The position numbers were made by a program, and so were the translations under genes. DNA of 50,168 nucleotides from an uncultured archaeon (GTDB lineage Archaea; Asgardarchaeota; Lokiarchaeia; Sigyniarchaeales; SOKP01): NCBI GenBank assembly GCA_964583985.1, contig CAZOYD010000022.1, forward strand, positions 1-50,168. Reading direction: 5' to 3'. Below the pieces are notes generated by a model. It saw nothing but the letters and a program-made list of their open reading frames with translations. It made no database searches and was not told the DNA's origin. Each line of letters starts with the position of its first letter. The stretch's first letter is position 1. Below are positions 47,605 to 50,168 of the stretch, piece after piece.

Positions 47605-48834
47605 ATGGAAGTCGATATTTCAAGGGTAATTAATACCATATCAAAATTCTTAGATCAAAATACTGTAAAAATTTCAAAATTAAAAACCATTGAGGATGTT
47701 TTAAAATTACCAATATACTCTTACAAGTTTTTGGATAAAAATACTGCTAAGGTCCTTAAGGAATTATTAGACATCAATGATATTGAAAGCGCATCCAAGT
47801 TGGATAGAGAATATCCATTTGATTCGTTAAAAGAAATTGAAAATACAACTGATCCGATAAAAGCTGCAGAATTGCAAGAAGAATTACAAGCTAAAATTGA
47901 AGAACTTCGAGAAAAATATCCTGATATCGAAAAAAGTCTTAAAAAAGCGATCACGGTCAGTTCAATAATCAACTCTTTTCAAGAAGAGCAAGATAATCTC
48001 AAAGGGGAATCCCAAAAAGTCCTAGTGATCGGATTGGATAATGCGGGCAAGACAGCAATATTAACTCAATTTGGTGGGCGTTTAGGAATTGGTGAATTAG
48101 CATCTTTGCAACCTACTAAAGGAGTAGATAGAAAACACATTAAAACTAAAGATTCTGATGTAGATTTATTCATTTGGGATTTAGGAGGACAATACCAATA
48201 TCGAAACAAATATCTAAAAAATCCAGAAAGTTATTTCTTAGAAACCGATTTACTCATATATGTAATTGATGTTCAAGATCCTGACCGATATCCTGAATCC
48301 TTTGAGTATTTTGAGGACGTTTTAGAAATATTAAACTTATTAGAAGAGAACCCCTTTGTAATGATATACATACATAAGTTTGATCCTGATATCAAGGGGG
48401 ATCAAGAGATATTGCTTAATATTGAATTGCTAAAAGAAAATTTGAATCAATTGCTGACTCAGCATGGATTTGATTATGAGGCTTATTTAACATCGGTATA
48501 CTCCCTTATAACAAATGAACCTCAATTTTCGAGATATATCAAGGACGTAATGAGATCAACTGAATCTCTCACGAATCCCACCCTTAAAAAAGTTGAAGGA
48601 CTTGGAAAAACATTGGAGGAAACGATGAATGCTGTTATTCGCTTATCTGAAAGCATTTCAAAACAATTGAATAATCTCGATAGTCGATTAAGAGCAATTG
48701 AGAGTGGTGCCTTTCAGATAGCTCAAAGCGGAACTCCAATTTCTATTCAAAATCCTACTCCTGGAAATTCAAGAATGCAAGTATTAGATGAATTAAAAGA
48801 GCTATTTCAGAAGAAAAAAAAGCTCAATTTCTAA
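47605..48834 (+). CDS. Arf-like small GTPase with N-terminal helical extension and C-terminal coiled coil
   Basis: GLDNAGKT, PTKG, WDLGGQ, IYVID, HKFD, TS. Confidence 0.88.
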   Translation: MEVDISRVINTISKFLDQNTVKISKLKTIEDVLKLPIYSYKFLDKNTAKVLKELLDINDIESASKLDREYPFDSLKEIENTTDPIKAAELQEELQAKIEELREKYPDIEKSLKKAITVSSIINSFQEEQDNLKGESQKVLVIGLDNAGKTAILTQFGGRLGIGELASLQPTKGVDRKHIKTKDSDVDLFIWDLGGQYQYRNKYLKNPESYFLETDLLIYVIDVQDPDRYPESFEYFEDVLEILNLLEENPFVMIYIHKFDPDIKGDQEILLNIELLKENLNQLLTQHGFDYEAYLTSVYSLITNEPQFSRYIKDVMRSTESLTNPTLKKVEGLGKTLEETMNAVIRLSESISKQLNNLDSRLRAIESGAFQIAQSGTPISIQNPTPGNSRMQVLDELKELFQKKKKLNF

Positions 48835-48837
48835 ACT

Positions 48838-49567
48838 TCAATTCTTTTCTAATTTTTCTTTGATAGTAAACATTTCTTTTATCCTTTTGTAGAATGCAAT
48901 AAGGAATATTATTAGGAATATTCCAAAAACAAAAAAACTGTACCAAAAATTATCAAGTAAATAAGGATTGATGATATGATAATGAATCTCGAAAATAGCA
49001 AGCTGCTCGAAAAATGAAATAAAGTTTAACATAATTGGAGCAAAAATAAATGCTGATAAATAAAAACCAAGGATGCCTATCAAAAAACCAAATATAACAT
49101 CGCTCGGATAATGGGTACCTAGTTGTATCCTGGAGAATGAGACAAGTAAGGCAATTCCTACAAAAATGAAGGTGAGAAAAAGGGAGTTAAATAAATAAGA
49201 GAATAACAAACCTTGAGAAATCACATTATAAGCGTGCCAAGAAGGAAAACTTCTTGATGTCGGCTCGGGTTCTAAAATTTTTATCTCTGGCATGGCTTCA
49301 AAGGGTCTGGATCGGGTCACTTTTTTTTTAATTGGAGCAATTAATAAAACACCAGTAAGAAAGATGGTTGAAATATAGGAAAAAATGCGTGGATCATACC
49401 ATATGAAAAGATAAAAGGTAATTAGGCAAATCCATATGGTTTCTCTTCCAAAAAAAGAAAGAAATCGCAAGAAATAAGTAAACGGTTTTCCACCAATACC
49501 ATTATATTTCAAGATAATTCTTTGATCCCATTCGTCAATTGTCATCAAAAGTTTTTTAAAGTCCATA
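48838..49567 (-). CDS. PAP2-family membrane phosphatase (ORF open to 49587)
   Basis: K-x6-RP (KKKVTRSRP), SFPSWH, SRIQLGTHYPSDV. Confidence 0.9.
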
Positions 49568-49590
49568 GTGAATTCACATTTTTTCAATAA

Positions 49591-50168
49591 TTAAATCAAA
49601 GAAAGAAATTCATAAGCATTCTTTAGATCCGGGATCGTTTTTTCAAAATAACCTATTGAATGTGAATCCGAACCAACAAAAACTTTCCCACCCTCCTCCT
49701 TTAACTTTGAGATGACCGCTCTTGATGGAAAAGGGCGTTTAATTGGAAATCTAAGACCAGATAAATTATATTCTATATTTACATCATTTTCAATACAAAA
49801 TCGACCCAATTTTAAAACGCGATCATCAGATACATCACAATCATCCTCTGGAATGATATCATTTTCATTTATGTAACGAAATATAGTATCAATATGACAG
49901 ATATTTTTGAATATTTTAGACTTTATTAAGCTCTCACTTACTTCAAAATATTCATCTATAATTTGTTTCATGGGAATTTTTTCAATTAATTCATTTAATT
50001 TATCCCTCAATGTGATTGGATAATTAGGTATCCATTCATGTATCGTTCCTGCTATGAAATCAATCTCTCTTGCATTATCATCCATGAATTCACGTAATTG
50101 AGTTTCCTTTTCGGGATAATAATCAACTTCCAAGCCCGACAATATGAAATCATACGTTTCTTTTAGAG
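49591..50168 (-). CDS. PHP-domain phosphatase (histidinol-phosphatase HisJ-like), 5'-partial
   Basis: GLEVDY, DFIAGTIH, CHID, EYNLSG, GSDSH; the frame stays open to the window edge (LKETYDFILSGLE). Confidence 0.85.
   Translation of the reverse strand, partial: LKETYDFILSGLEVDYYPEKETQLREFMDDNAREIDFIAGTIHEWIPNYPITLRDKLNELIEKIPMKQIIDEYFEVSESLIKSKIFKNICHIDTIFRYINENDIIPEDDCDVSDDRVLKLGRFCIENDVNIEYNLSGLRFPIKRPFPSRAVISKLKEEGGKVFVGSDSHSIGYFEKTIPDLKNAYEFLSLI

Noticed and set aside
1-50168. CRISPR arrays, rRNA/tRNA genes, integrases/transposases, inteins in RFC/IF5B/UvrA
   Set aside because: None seen by eye; protein lengths are normal and no regularly spaced repeats were found.

Overview
AT-rich archaeal chromosomal segment whose gene content points to an Asgard archaeon, most likely Lokiarchaeia: several small Ras/Arf-like GTPases, a probable EF-2 paralog, TPR/solenoid proteins, and archaeal Csl4, RpoL, TFB, RFC, AglB, Tyw1 and class I CCA enzyme. 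Most of the window is housekeeping genes. A small accessory patch with a toxin-antitoxin pair and decayed genes lies between uvrB and uvrA. The main observation is in the first 144 bp and is absent from the ORF track. The 3' end of an EF-1alpha gene is interrupted, right after the conserved RDMG motif, by a 31-nt frameshifting, stop-containing insert. The insert and both flanking exons fold into a bulge-helix-bulge/loop (BHB/BHL) substrate. Cutting at the canonical tRNA-splicing-endonuclease positions restores the expected C-terminus (RDMG-R-TVCVGIVKDL), so this is a candidate tRNA-type intron in an Asgard mRNA. Directly downstream is a 1107-aa chimeric protein (Zn ribbon, 3 helical repeats, HTH-like segments, PD-(D/E)xK-like nuclease). 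All calls come from reading motifs by eye; no searches or folding programs were run.
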